32,000 bases of DNA from positions 27,960-59,959 of the forward strand of contig JBFXBK010000010.1 of NCBI GenBank assembly GCA_050183255.1, given 5' to 3'. The notes under the pieces are model-generated. The model worked only from the letters and a program-made list of their open reading frames with translations, was not told the DNA's origin and made no database searches. The translations under genes and the position numbers were made by a program. This document shows, piece after piece, positions 7,054-15,371 of the stretch. Source of the DNA: Polyangiaceae bacterium. GTDB taxonomy: Bacteria; Myxococcota_A; Polyangia; Polyangiales; Polyangiaceae. Each line of letters starts with the position of its first letter. The first letter of the stretch is position 1.

Positions 7054-9800
7054 TCCGGGAAGCATCGCTTGCCGATGGTGAGCACTTAAGCCCCCGCGCC
7101 GCGCTCGGCGGCTCATCAGCCCCACGCACACGCTTGCGGCGTGACGTGACATCTTCGACTCAATACAGGTTCTCTCGTCAGGCCCGCGCAGTTCGCGCCG
7201 GCAGGGCCTGAGTTGGGTGAGCAAGGAATTATCTTACTCAGCTTTGGCGGAGGCTTGTGTGATGCGCCCAGCGAGGCTGGTAGCTAAACTTCCGAACCGG
7301 CTTTCGCCGCGCTTTCCTCGCCCTACTCCAGCCCGCTGGAGCACGAGACTCCGTTGGGTAGAAGCAGTCCACCTCGAAGGTGGAGGCGAAGCTAACGGTC
7401 GGCTGATCCCTAGCGAGAAAAACCGACGAACCTCGGACGCTGGCGTTCCGCGCAGCCGTGCGCCCGCTGATCAATCCAGAGTGCGAACACTCTCGACCGA
7501 CCGAAGCGAAACCACGTAACCGCGAGCGACTGACCCTTCGCGTTCTGTCCTGAAACACGCCGTGGACGGTTCGCTTCGTTGAGCGAACGATCCGACGCGT
7601 CATCTCGCTTGTTAGGCGAGCGAACCAATTGGCGAATCGCAACACCCGACATCGCTGCCGTGCGTAAACGAACTCGTCATGGTTCGTGGCGAGAACTGGG
7701 AGAGCCGTGATCACGAAACCCCTTCCGCTGATGTACTCTGTCGCGCCTCGGACACCCGTCCATCCTGCCTCTAGACAGGGCGAACCGGCTGGCCTGCTGG
7801 GTGCGAGCCGACGCTGACATTGCTGCCAGCATCTCGGCACAGACTCAAAGAGTCCATGCAACCTCGTCACTGTTCGTTGGCTTTCGCCCCCGCCCAAGAA
7901 CGCCTTTCAGCCGCTAGTTTCCGCAAGGAACCTAACAACATCAAACCGTCCCACCAACGAGGCTTCACCCGAGGAGCCAGGAGCAAGGCACCCCTACTCT
8001 GGTTTAGAGAGTCGAGCACCAATGCCCCAGTACATCTAGTACCGTATCGAAATCCTAGGAACTCCCATTCCAAGGCCGACGCCGAAGCGCACTGTTCTGT
8101 GAACCTCAGCTTCGCACACCCGTTTGCCATTCTCTCAGCTTGCGATTCCGTACGTTCAACGGGAAGCGCGAACCTCGCTCATGACTAGACGTGCCGTCGA
8201 TTACCTCCTGGCAAAAGCCAGGGAGAAAACCACACCGACACACCAAAGATGTGTTCGACCGATACCTGCAACCTGCATTTCAAAGACGAGCACCCAAGTT
8301 CGCATCCAAGCCGCCGAAGACCTCACAACGACGAATCGCTGGGGCCTCTCGGCTGAAGCTCCGTTCACGCGGAACTCCTGCTTCCACACTCAGTGCCTCA
8401 CCCCGCGATCGCCCTGTTCAGGCGTTCGTCACCGCGCGGTACCGAGTGCTTGCTGACGCCGACTGTCACCGTGGGTTGTGCTGACTCGCGCTTTTCCCGC
8501 TGGCCGACACCACTGAGCGACCAAGGTCGTCCAGCTGAACCACGGTCAAGGACCGATGCGCTCTGCGGGAACGTGATCCCACAGACATCGACCCTCGACG
8601 TCTGGCAGTGAAGAGCTCCGACGAGGCCTTTTGAGCCCGTCGACAGGTTCGTCAATCACCTCCACCGAAGCGGCGATGATCGATGAGCTGACCCCGGCAA
8701 CACCCAGAGCGCCGTTTCCGACGCTCCACCCCGACCCTGCTTCCCCGTCAGGAGAAGGCAGAAGCGAGAAAGGGCACGCTCATCACTGCGTTTGCGACTT
8801 TTCAAAATCGAACTCGGGCACGACCTGGGACGTTCGACCACCGCATAGGAAGCACTCTCGCGCTTCCCTTGGGCTCGAGCCTCAACGCTTGGTTGAGCCC
8901 CGGCACTGCGGCCTTCTTGGGCTACTTCGCTTCCCGAAGGAAAACCCCGTTGAGCGACTCCAGTAGAGTCCCTCACCCTCAAAGGTCGGTGGAACCGAGC
9001 CAGCATTTTCCCTGCGAGAAAATGCGCCAGCTCCGACTCCACTCGGAGATCCGTCTGTCACCAGTCCCCCGGGTTCAACGCTAGAAGACGCCAAACCTAA
9101 ACGACTGGCCAAGGCCTCGCTTTGACCGACCCCTCGCGAAAGGAATCGACGCTCACACCGGAGTGCGAGCAGACAAATGACACGAAGCCGGGACCCCTTC
9201 GATCACGAAGGAACCGGTTCTCACCAGCCCGAGCCATGTCTGACGCGGCAGCCATGACTTCGACGCCTGTTCTACCAACGCTCGAGTGTGGCGTTTGAAC
9301 GCGCCAAGCACTTCCCGTCGGCTCAGGCCCATCCGTGGATGGCCCTGCAGCGCCCCTCGTAACCTCTACGATCGATCCGTCCGCGGTGTTGATGTGCCGC
9401 GAACTTCCAGAAACGTTTATGCCGGAACGGTGCAATCAAATCAACAAGAAAACACGAAGCAAAGACACTTTCTTCGTCATCAGGGTTGTCCACAGCTTAT
9501 GGGCACCTTGTGCATTCGCTGTCCCCAACTAACCCACATGAGCGCAGCGCTTCACACCTGCTTGAGGTGGAGTGTGCGGATGCTCGCTCCGCGCTTAGCC
9601 GCCTCGAGCTTGGCTCAGGCGAGCGGCGTTGTCCAAGAATTCCCTCGTAAATCAGCCTCTTCTCGACGGCGCGCGGCAGGGGACGCTGACTCTTCCCAGC
9701 GATCGGTGCGTGCACACAGCGCACACGCCCCGCGATTCCCATCGGTGAATTCTGCTGCTCGAGACGGCCGCAAGGCATGAATAGCGTTTGATTGATTCAA
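7054..9800 (-). ncRNA. candidate large unclassified noncoding RNA (or several smaller RNAs); not matched by eye to any known family
   Basis: No credible ORF exists in any frame; only short Arg/Ser-rich ORFs are present. Hand-counted samples give 53-60% GC against the 60s in flanking genes. C>G on the plus strand in three 120-nt samples (40:24, 39:33, 38:34), so the minus strand is G-rich. Many local hairpins, including three cUUCGg tetraloops on the minus strand. The terminator at 7015-7053 sits at the minus-strand 3' end and an AT-rich island at the 5' end. Confidence 0.3.
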
Positions 9801-9840
9801 TTGATTTATCTGTTTAAGTGTTGAAAACAAGCATGATTGA
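9781..9840. promoter_or_regulatory. AT-rich divergent promoter/operator island
   Basis: atagcgtttgattgattcaattgatttatctgtttaagtgttgaaaacaagcatgattga is about 70% AT in a GC-rich genome. It holds three TTGATT hexamers (9788, 9792, 9801) and the perfect palindrome TCAATTGA (9798-9805). A weak minus-strand TTGTTT-N16-TAAATC lies at 9830-9803. It sits directly upstream of the REC-EAL gene and at the 5' edge of the ORF-free region. Confidence 0.35.
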
Positions 9841-9864
9841 GTGCCCGACGGGAAGGAGGATTGT

Positions 9865-11157
9865 TTGGCGGGAACCGAGGCTGCGCAGAAGCAGCTAAAG
9901 GATTGTCTCGGACGCCCGTTCCCTAGCGTCATGAGCGTTCCCCTAGCCGCGATGCGGTGTCCCACTCCGGATTCTCCAGCCCCCGAGCGCGGCTCGGAAG
10001 CCAGCGGCGTCTGGTCTGCAGCAACCAAGGGACGCATCTTGGTGGTGGACGACGAGCCGGCGCTAGTACGCGCTTTTCGCCGCAGCCTCGCGCTACGGGG
10101 CTTCCACGTGGATACGGCACCCGGCGGCGAGAATGCTATCGAACAGCTCAACCAGCACGAGTACGACGCTATCCTGAGCGACATCGCCATGCCCGGCATG
10201 GACGGTATCCAGCTGCTGCGAGAGGTGCGAGAGCACGACCTGGACGTTCCCGTCATCCTGGTCACGGGTGAACCTGCTGTCAGCACGGCAGTCAAGGCCC
10301 TCGAGTACGGCGCGTTTCACTACCTGACCAAGCCGGTCACCAACGACAATCTAGAAGAGGTGCTCGACAAGGCCGTGCGCCTTCACCGCATGGCTCGCAT
10401 GCGGCGCGAGGCCGCGGAGCTGCTGGGCGGCAGCGTCGGGGCTGGAGACCGCGCAGGTCTCGAAGCGAGCTTCTCAGGCGCTCTGGCTACGTTGTGGATG
10501 GCTTACCAGCCGATCGTGCGCACGAACGGTACACCGTACGGATACGAGGCGCTGCTCCGCTCGAAGGAACCGAGCCTGCCCCACCCGGGAGCGGTGATCG
10601 AAGCGGCGCTCAAGTTGGGGCGCGTAGACGAGCTCAGCCGGACGATCCGTGCCCGCGCCGTTTCCGCGATGACACCAGACTCTGGGTTGCTCTTCGTCAA
10701 CCTCCATACGACGGACCTGTTGGACTACGAACTCTATGAGCCCGACGCGCCGCTCTCGCGCATGGCAGATCGCGTGGTGCTCGAGATCACCGAGCGTTCG
10801 AGCCTGGATGAAGTGAAAGACGTCAAGCGCCGCGTCGCGGTACTGCGAGAGATGGGCTTCCGCATCGCGGTGGATGATCTCGGAGCGGGCTACGCTGGAC
10901 TCACCAGCTTCGCGTTGCTCGAGCCAGACATCGTGAAACTCGACATGACCTTGATTCGAGACGTTCACCAGGCCCCCACCAAGCAAAAGCTGATCCGCTC
11001 AATCGCTCAGCTGTGCGCGGATATGGGCATGCTCGTCGTCGGAGAAGGTGTGGAGACGCGGGAAGAAAGAGACACCCTGATCGAGCTGGGTTGCGACCTG
11101 CTTCAGGGCTACTTCATCGCCAAGCCTGGTCCCGCGTTTCCGGAGCTCAACTGGTGA
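9865..11157 (+). CDS. response regulator receiver (REC) + EAL domain c-di-GMP phosphodiesterase
   Basis: REC: ILVVDDEP, ILSDIAMPGMDG (phospho-Asp), VILVTG, YLTKP. EAL: YQPIV, GYEALLR, FVNLH, EITE, AVDDLGAGYAGL, KLD, GEGVET, QGYFIAKP, so all catalytic motifs are intact. Start chosen at TTG 9865, 5 nt after a perfect AAGGAGG (9853-9859). Alternatives are GTG 9841 and ATG 9931. Confidence 0.9.
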   Translation: MAGTEAAQKQLKDCLGRPFPSVMSVPLAAMRCPTPDSPAPERGSEASGVWSAATKGRILVVDDEPALVRAFRRSLALRGFHVDTAPGGENAIEQLNQHEYDAILSDIAMPGMDGIQLLREVREHDLDVPVILVTGEPAVSTAVKALEYGAFHYLTKPVTNDNLEEVLDKAVRLHRMARMRREAAELLGGSVGAGDRAGLEASFSGALATLWMAYQPIVRTNGTPYGYEALLRSKEPSLPHPGAVIEAALKLGRVDELSRTIRARAVSAMTPDSGLLFVNLHTTDLLDYELYEPDAPLSRMADRVVLEITERSSLDEVKDVKRRVAVLREMGFRIAVDDLGAGYAGLTSFALLEPDIVKLDMTLIRDVHQAPTKQKLIRSIAQLCADMGMLVVGEGVETREERDTLIELGCDLLQGYFIAKPGPAFPELNW

Positions 11158-12143
11158 GCGCGCCAGCCTTCAGCTCCGACCCGCCCCGACCGGTCACTTC
11201 GAGCGGGAAGGAAACGCTCGTCGAGCCATTTGCCGACCTGAAGGGGCACTGGGACGACGACGATGAGCGCACGACGATTTCCCAGATCGCAGCCAGCGTC
11301 CGCTGCGTGGGGGAGCGGAACCGCGGGGTCGTGGTGCGCCTTGACGCCGCAGCCGCTGGGCGACCGCTCGCGGTGAGCCAGACGCCGTGCAGGTTGGGAC
11401 GGCACGCTCTGGCGGACTACCGCATCGACGATCAGGGCATCAGTCGTTTCCACGCGAAACTGTTCGTGGCTCACGGCGCCAACTGGGTCGAGGACCTCGG
11501 TTCGCGCAACGGCACCTATGTCAACGGAGAACGGGTGAAGCTGCGCGCCCTCGTCGATGGTGACACGATCCAGCTCGGCGCTCGCATCGCGTTTCGTTTT
11601 TCTCAGGTGGACGCGGCGCAAGAACGTGCGATGCACCAACTGTACGAGTCGAGTATTCGGGACCCGCTGACTGGCGCGTATAACAAGAGCCATCTGGAGG
11701 AGCGTCTTGCCGCCGAGATCTCGTACGCGCGGCGCCACCGCACGCAGCTGTCGCTGGTGCTGCTCGATGTCGACCACTTCAAGGTCGTCAATGATCGCTT
11801 CGGACACCAAGCCGGTGACCTGGTGCTCTTGCGCTTGAGCGAGACCGTTCGGCAGATGCTGCGCTCCGAAGACATCTTCGCCAGGTTTGGGGGGGAGGAG
11901 TTCCTGGTCCTGCTGCGAGGCATCGATCACCAGAGTGCGGCGCAGGTCGCGGAGCGAATTCGCGAGGTGCTGGCGCGCCCACCGGAGGACGGCGGTGCGA
12001 CTCCAAGCATCACCGTGAGCGCCGGGGTGGCCTCCCTGACGTGCGTCGACTCGGCGAGCGCGGGAGCGCTCGTGGGCGCCGCAGATCGCCGCCTCTACCT
12101 AGCGAAGCGCCGCGGACGAAACCAAGTCGTCGCCCGGGACTGA
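11154..12143 (+). CDS. FHA domain + GGDEF diguanylate cyclase
   Basis: FHA: CRLGRHALADYRIDDQGISRFHAKL...LGSRNGTYVNGERV...DGDTIQLG. GGDEF: DPLTGAYNKSHL, LLDVDHFKVVNDRFGHQAGD, and an RSED I-site 5 residues before the active GGEEF. GTG 11154 overlaps the EAL stop (GTGA). The longer ORF from 11013 would overlap the EAL gene by 145 nt. Confidence 0.9.
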   Translation: MSAPAFSSDPPRPVTSSGKETLVEPFADLKGHWDDDDERTTISQIAASVRCVGERNRGVVVRLDAAAAGRPLAVSQTPCRLGRHALADYRIDDQGISRFHAKLFVAHGANWVEDLGSRNGTYVNGERVKLRALVDGDTIQLGARIAFRFSQVDAAQERAMHQLYESSIRDPLTGAYNKSHLEERLAAEISYARRHRTQLSLVLLDVDHFKVVNDRFGHQAGDLVLLRLSETVRQMLRSEDIFARFGGEEFLVLLRGIDHQSAAQVAERIREVLARPPEDGGATPSITVSAGVASLTCVDSASAGALVGAADRRLYLAKRRGRNQVVARD

Positions 12144-12220
12144 CGTAACGGCTGCGGAAGTAGACGCGATTCACGCGCGGCTTTACTCGAGGCAAGGCGG
12201 TTGGTATCTGCTGACTCGGT

Positions 12221-12427
12221 ATGGAAGAGAAGCGCCTGACGATCAGCGTCGAAACCCTCAAGGCCGAGCGAGACCAGCTCAAGGACTCGCTGAAGGACAT
12301 CGAGGTCGAGCAGCGAAAGCTGGAGACTCAGCTCAAGGCGTTGCGCCAGAAGGAGATCCGGGCGAAGCGCCAGGTCGAAGCGCTCAACACCTTGCTCGAG
12401 ATCAACGACGAGCCGGTCGAAGCCTGA
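12221..12427 (+). CDS. small (68 aa) coiled-coil protein, hypothetical
   Basis: ATG start, GC3-rich codons and a heptad-like charged sequence (LKAERDQLKDSLKDIEVEQRKLETQLKALRQKEIRAKRQVEALNTLLE). No family recognised. Confidence 0.5.
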   Translation: MEEKRLTISVETLKAERDQLKDSLKDIEVEQRKLETQLKALRQKEIRAKRQVEALNTLLEINDEPVEA

Positions 12428-12466
12428 CCCTGCCTCGTCGATGGCACGAGAGAGAGCGGTCGCGCG

Positions 12467-13573
12467 TCAGCTGCGGCCGTTTGCGTCTCCGAGGAGATCG
12501 GGGATGATGGTGCCAATACGGCGGCGCACCGTCTGCCTTGCCAGGCGCCACAGGGAGTCGTCGTCGTCCGCTTCACAGAGGATGCCAAGGGGGATTTGGA
12601 AACCGCCCTTGTCGGCGCGGCCACCACCATACGGCTGACCGTTGGCGTCTTTGCCGAACGCTTCCTCGAGGAAGTGCGTTGGATCGACACTCGGGCTGTT
12701 GGTGCGCATGGATCCGTCGATCCGGTTCCCGACCAGGCCGTACACGATCACCGTGTCGATATCTTCTCGGCGCACGATGAAGTCCGCGGCCGTAGCGATC
12801 GCATCCCGGTTGCTGGGAGAGACGCGCCCAACGCCTACCAGAGCAAAGTCACGCACGACGTCCATGTCGCCGAGCCCGCGCGCGAGCGCCTCCATGCTCT
12901 CTGCAGCGATCACCTTCTGCCCGATCCGCTGGAGGAGCTGCAAGTCGCAGTAGGGCTTCAGGTACGCGGCGGCGTGGAAATCCGCGGGCTCCGCGCGGGC
13001 AAAGTCGTCGGTATCCGTACGGATCCCAAACAAGAGCGCGGTCGCCATGTGCACCTGCTCCCGCTCACTCCCAGTGAGTGGTGCAAGGCCTGCCTTGAGA
13101 TACTCCGCGTAGATGCTGCAGGTTGCGCCAAAGCCAGTGCGCACGTCGACGAACTCCGCCTCGACGGGCTTGGTGGACCGATGATGGTCCACCACCGTGA
13201 GCACCTTGAGCTCTTCGGGGAGCTTGATGGTGGACTCCGGGCTAGATGTATCCACCAGCGAGAGATGCTTGTAGGGCTCCAGATCCTTGGTGGTCGCAAC
13301 CTGGATCATGTTCACGTTCAGCAGCTTGACCAGCGCTCGGTTCTCCGGGCGGCTCACGGGCATGACGTGGGCGATGGTCGCTGGGATTTCCAGAGCCTCA
13401 CAGATGTGCTGGTGAGCCAACGCGCTCCCGATCGCATCGGGATCCGGGTGCCCGCTGATCAGAATCAGCAAGGGCTCTCCCCGGGCGCTCTCCAGCGTGC
13501 GCTGAAAGTCCAGGTGTTTCGCGGTCATGCGATCGCCAGCGTACACCCGTTTGGGTTCCGGTTGGATTGCCAA
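12467..13573 (-). CDS. DHH/DHHA1 family phosphoesterase (NrnA-like nanoRNase / pAp phosphatase type)
   Basis: Motifs ISGHPDPDAIGSALA (DHH motifs I/II), GIRTDTDDF, VVDHHRS (DHH) and C-terminal GGGRADKGGF (DHHA1 GGGH-like). The start could instead be the internal Met at 13528. Confidence 0.8.
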   Translation of the reverse strand: MAIQPEPKRVYAGDRMTAKHLDFQRTLESARGEPLLILISGHPDPDAIGSALAHQHICEALEIPATIAHVMPVSRPENRALVKLLNVNMIQVATTKDLEPYKHLSLVDTSSPESTIKLPEELKVLTVVDHHRSTKPVEAEFVDVRTGFGATCSIYAEYLKAGLAPLTGSEREQVHMATALLFGIRTDTDDFARAEPADFHAAAYLKPYCDLQLLQRIGQKVIAAESMEALARGLGDMDVVRDFALVGVGRVSPSNRDAIATAADFIVRREDIDTVIVYGLVGNRIDGSMRTNSPSVDPTHFLEEAFGKDANGQPYGGGRADKGGFQIPLGILCEADDDDSLWRLARQTVRRRIGTIIPDLLGDANGRS

Positions 13574-13624
13574 ACAGCCTCAGGCCCTGGTGAATCACGA
13601 CACAAAACTACTGGAGAGGCCACG

Positions 13625-15319
13625 TCAGCCCTCATCCACCGCCCCGCGACTTCGGAAGGAGGGGTCCGCCACCGCGAGATATCCGTCCGTCAGCTTCGGT
13701 CCGGCCGGACGCGCTCGCGCGCCGTTTGGGCCAAAGGCGTGGATCACTTCTGCGAGTTGCTGCGAAGAGCGCCCCTCGGGCAGCGCTCGCGGCGCTCCAG
13801 GAGCGCTCACATATTCAAGGTGCAGGCTCTGCGTGGGGAAGGCGAAGCTGAGCTCCAAGTCGTGAGCCAAGCGCATGATCTCCAAGTACACGTTGTGACG
13901 TTCCCGGAGCTCGGCCGTCCACGTATCCACCCGGAAAAAAAAGTAGACCATCACGTCCAGGCTGCTCGCGCCAAACGCAGACATGTGTACCTCGTAGGTG
14001 TCCTTGCGCGTGAACTCGTTGGCCTGAATGATCGCGCGGATCCCCTCGACGAAGGCCTGCATCTGCTCCGGGCTCGAGTCATAGGTGACTCCGAGCGTGA
14101 AGAAGCAGCGGCGGTACTCCCGCATGCCCATGTTGTCGATCTTGGCCTCGGTGAACTTCGCGTTCGGGACCGTGATCACGGAGTTGTAGAACGTGCGAAT
14201 ACGGGTCGAACGGAACCCGACCTCCTCGACCGTGCCCTCCGCTCCATCGACGCGGATCCAGTCGCCGATCTGGAACGGGCGATCGATGAAGATCATCAAG
14301 CTGCCGAAGAAGTTCGCGACGGTGTCCTTCGCGGCCAACGCGACGGCGACACCGCCAACACCGAGAGTCGCGAGCAGCGCGCCCACGTTGACGTTCAGGT
14401 TCTGCAGGATGACCAGCACGCCCGCGATCACGGTGAATACCTTGAGCGACTTGCGGATCAGCGGGACGAGCTGATCGTCGAGCTTCGTGTCAGTCGCTTC
14501 GGCCTTCGCTGCCATGCGCTCCGAAAGCACATCGACCAGGCGATACGCCGCCCAAACGACCGAGAAGATCATCAGCACCTGGACCGCGAGACCGAGAAAC
14601 GCGCCAAACCAAAGCGGCAGGCTCAGCCACGGATAGGTGACTCCCAAGAGCAGCGCTGAGACGAAGGTCGCGCCAGGCGAAGCGAAGACTCCGATCAAGT
14701 TGGAAGCCCATGCCTGCCCCATGCGATCGACGAGTCGGCGCACGCGGTTTTGCACCATGAACTCGATCAGTTTGCGCACCACGAGGCCCACGACGAGCAC
14801 CAAGAGCAGCGCAAAGATCTGCCAGACCTTGAGGTCGCCAACGCCAGCCTTCATCCAATCGGGGAGCTGGGAAACCCAGGGGCCTGCCATGTTCTGACGG
14901 TAGATCTCCTCCACATTCTGCAGGCTCGTCGCCGTCCACACCCAGCGGCCGTCCGGCTGCCTCGCCACATGCACCGTGGGGAAACGCGCGTTGACGACCA
15001 CAGGCGAGCTGGCTTCGGCGTCCGCGGGTAACCCATCCAGGTCGATCGTGGCTTTGCCGCTGAATACGCTACGGATGCGTTCGACTAGCTCGACCTGCAG
15101 GGCGTAGGCGCGGCCACCAGCCAGACAGCGAACTTGTTCAGTCGGGTCTTGGGCGAACACCGACTCCACCGCCATCCGAGGTGTCTTGCACTTCTCCACG
15201 GCGATTTCGCGCGCCGCTTGGGCCTTTTCGCTGTCGTCCGCCCAAACTGGACGCACGAATGCGAAGAGCAAGAATGCCGCGAGCAACGCTAGGAGCACTC
15301 GCGAGGTCGTATGTTTCAT
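13625..15319 (-). CDS. mechanosensitive ion channel, MscS family, with N-terminal periplasmic domain
   Basis: Signal peptide MKHTTSRVLLALLAAFLLFAFVRPVWA and several TM helices. Core sequence LGVGGVAVALAAKDTVANFFGSLMIFIDRPFQIGDWIRVDGAEGTVEEVGFRSTRIRTFYNSVITVPN is the canonical MscS TM3 plus beta-domain. Confidence 0.9.
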   Translation of the reverse strand: MKHTTSRVLLALLAAFLLFAFVRPVWADDSEKAQAAREIAVEKCKTPRMAVESVFAQDPTEQVRCLAGGRAYALQVELVERIRSVFSGKATIDLDGLPADAEASSPVVVNARFPTVHVARQPDGRWVWTATSLQNVEEIYRQNMAGPWVSQLPDWMKAGVGDLKVWQIFALLLVLVVGLVVRKLIEFMVQNRVRRLVDRMGQAWASNLIGVFASPGATFVSALLLGVTYPWLSLPLWFGAFLGLAVQVLMIFSVVWAAYRLVDVLSERMAAKAEATDTKLDDQLVPLIRKSLKVFTVIAGVLVILQNLNVNVGALLATLGVGGVAVALAAKDTVANFFGSLMIFIDRPFQIGDWIRVDGAEGTVEEVGFRSTRIRTFYNSVITVPNAKFTEAKIDNMGMREYRRCFFTLGVTYDSSPEQMQAFVEGIRAIIQANEFTRKDTYEVHMSAFGASSLDVMVYFFFRVDTWTAELRERHNVYLEIMRLAHDLELSFAFPTQSLHLEYVSAPGAPRALPEGRSSQQLAEVIHAFGPNGARARPAGPKLTDGYLAVADPSFRSRGAVDEG

Positions 15320-15371
15320 GCCACACCTCGTGGAGTTGGGGACCTTGGCGCCCGCAGGCGCCGGCAGTCGG

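Noticed and set aside
7238-7897. A 219-aa minus-strand ORF, plus about 25 further 60-165 aa ORFs between 6937 and 9780.
   Set aside because: Their translations are Arg/Ser/Cys-rich with no hydrophobic periodicity, motifs or plausible starts. They overlap each other in multiple frames and lack the GC3 bias of real genes in this window.
9486-9494. A DnaA-box-like 9-mer TTGTCCACA (8/9 match to TTATCCACA) raised the idea that the low-GC gap is oriC.
   Set aside because: It is the only good box. Other CCACA/TGTGG sites in the region match at most 6/9. There is no cluster, no AT-rich 13-mer array next to the boxes, and no dnaA/dnaN nearby.
7054-9800. I considered a group II intron, tmRNA, RNase P RNA, SRP RNA, retron msr/msd, IscB/TnpB guide RNA and a CRISPR array as explanations for the noncoding region.
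   Set aside because: No domain V-like GAGCCGTAT...ACGGTTC hairpin is present; the lone CCGTAT at about 8043 has no pairing partner. There is no GAGGAAAGTCCGGGC, no tRNA-like 3' end with TCCACCA, no reverse transcriptase, IscB or TnpB ORF nearby, and no direct repeats with regular spacing.
6905-9840. The gap is the size of a 23S rRNA gene. I saw short rRNA-like strings: GGCGAGCGAAC on the plus strand near 7604-7614, and TGGCTCAG near 9611-9618.
   Set aside because: The strings are isolated 8-11-mers on the wrong strand or in the wrong context. None of the long universally conserved 16S/23S segments is present on either strand (for example the sarcin-ricin loop AGTACGAGAGGACCGG or the 16S 5' AGAGTTTGATC). 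No 5S or tRNA genes accompany it.
12596-14659. A very long (687 aa) plus-strand ORF, with similar long shadow ORFs at 118..1044(-), 1330..2028(-), 3058..3708(+), 10474..10986(-), 11109..11930(-), 17418..18146(+), 21710..22381(-), 23929..24729(+), 24820..26010(+), 28116..28838(-) and 30875..31549(+).
   Set aside because: Each lies antisense to, or out of frame with, a gene carrying clear family motifs. Their products are Arg/His/Ala/Pro-rich low-complexity sequences. Such stop-free shadow frames are expected in high-GC DNA.
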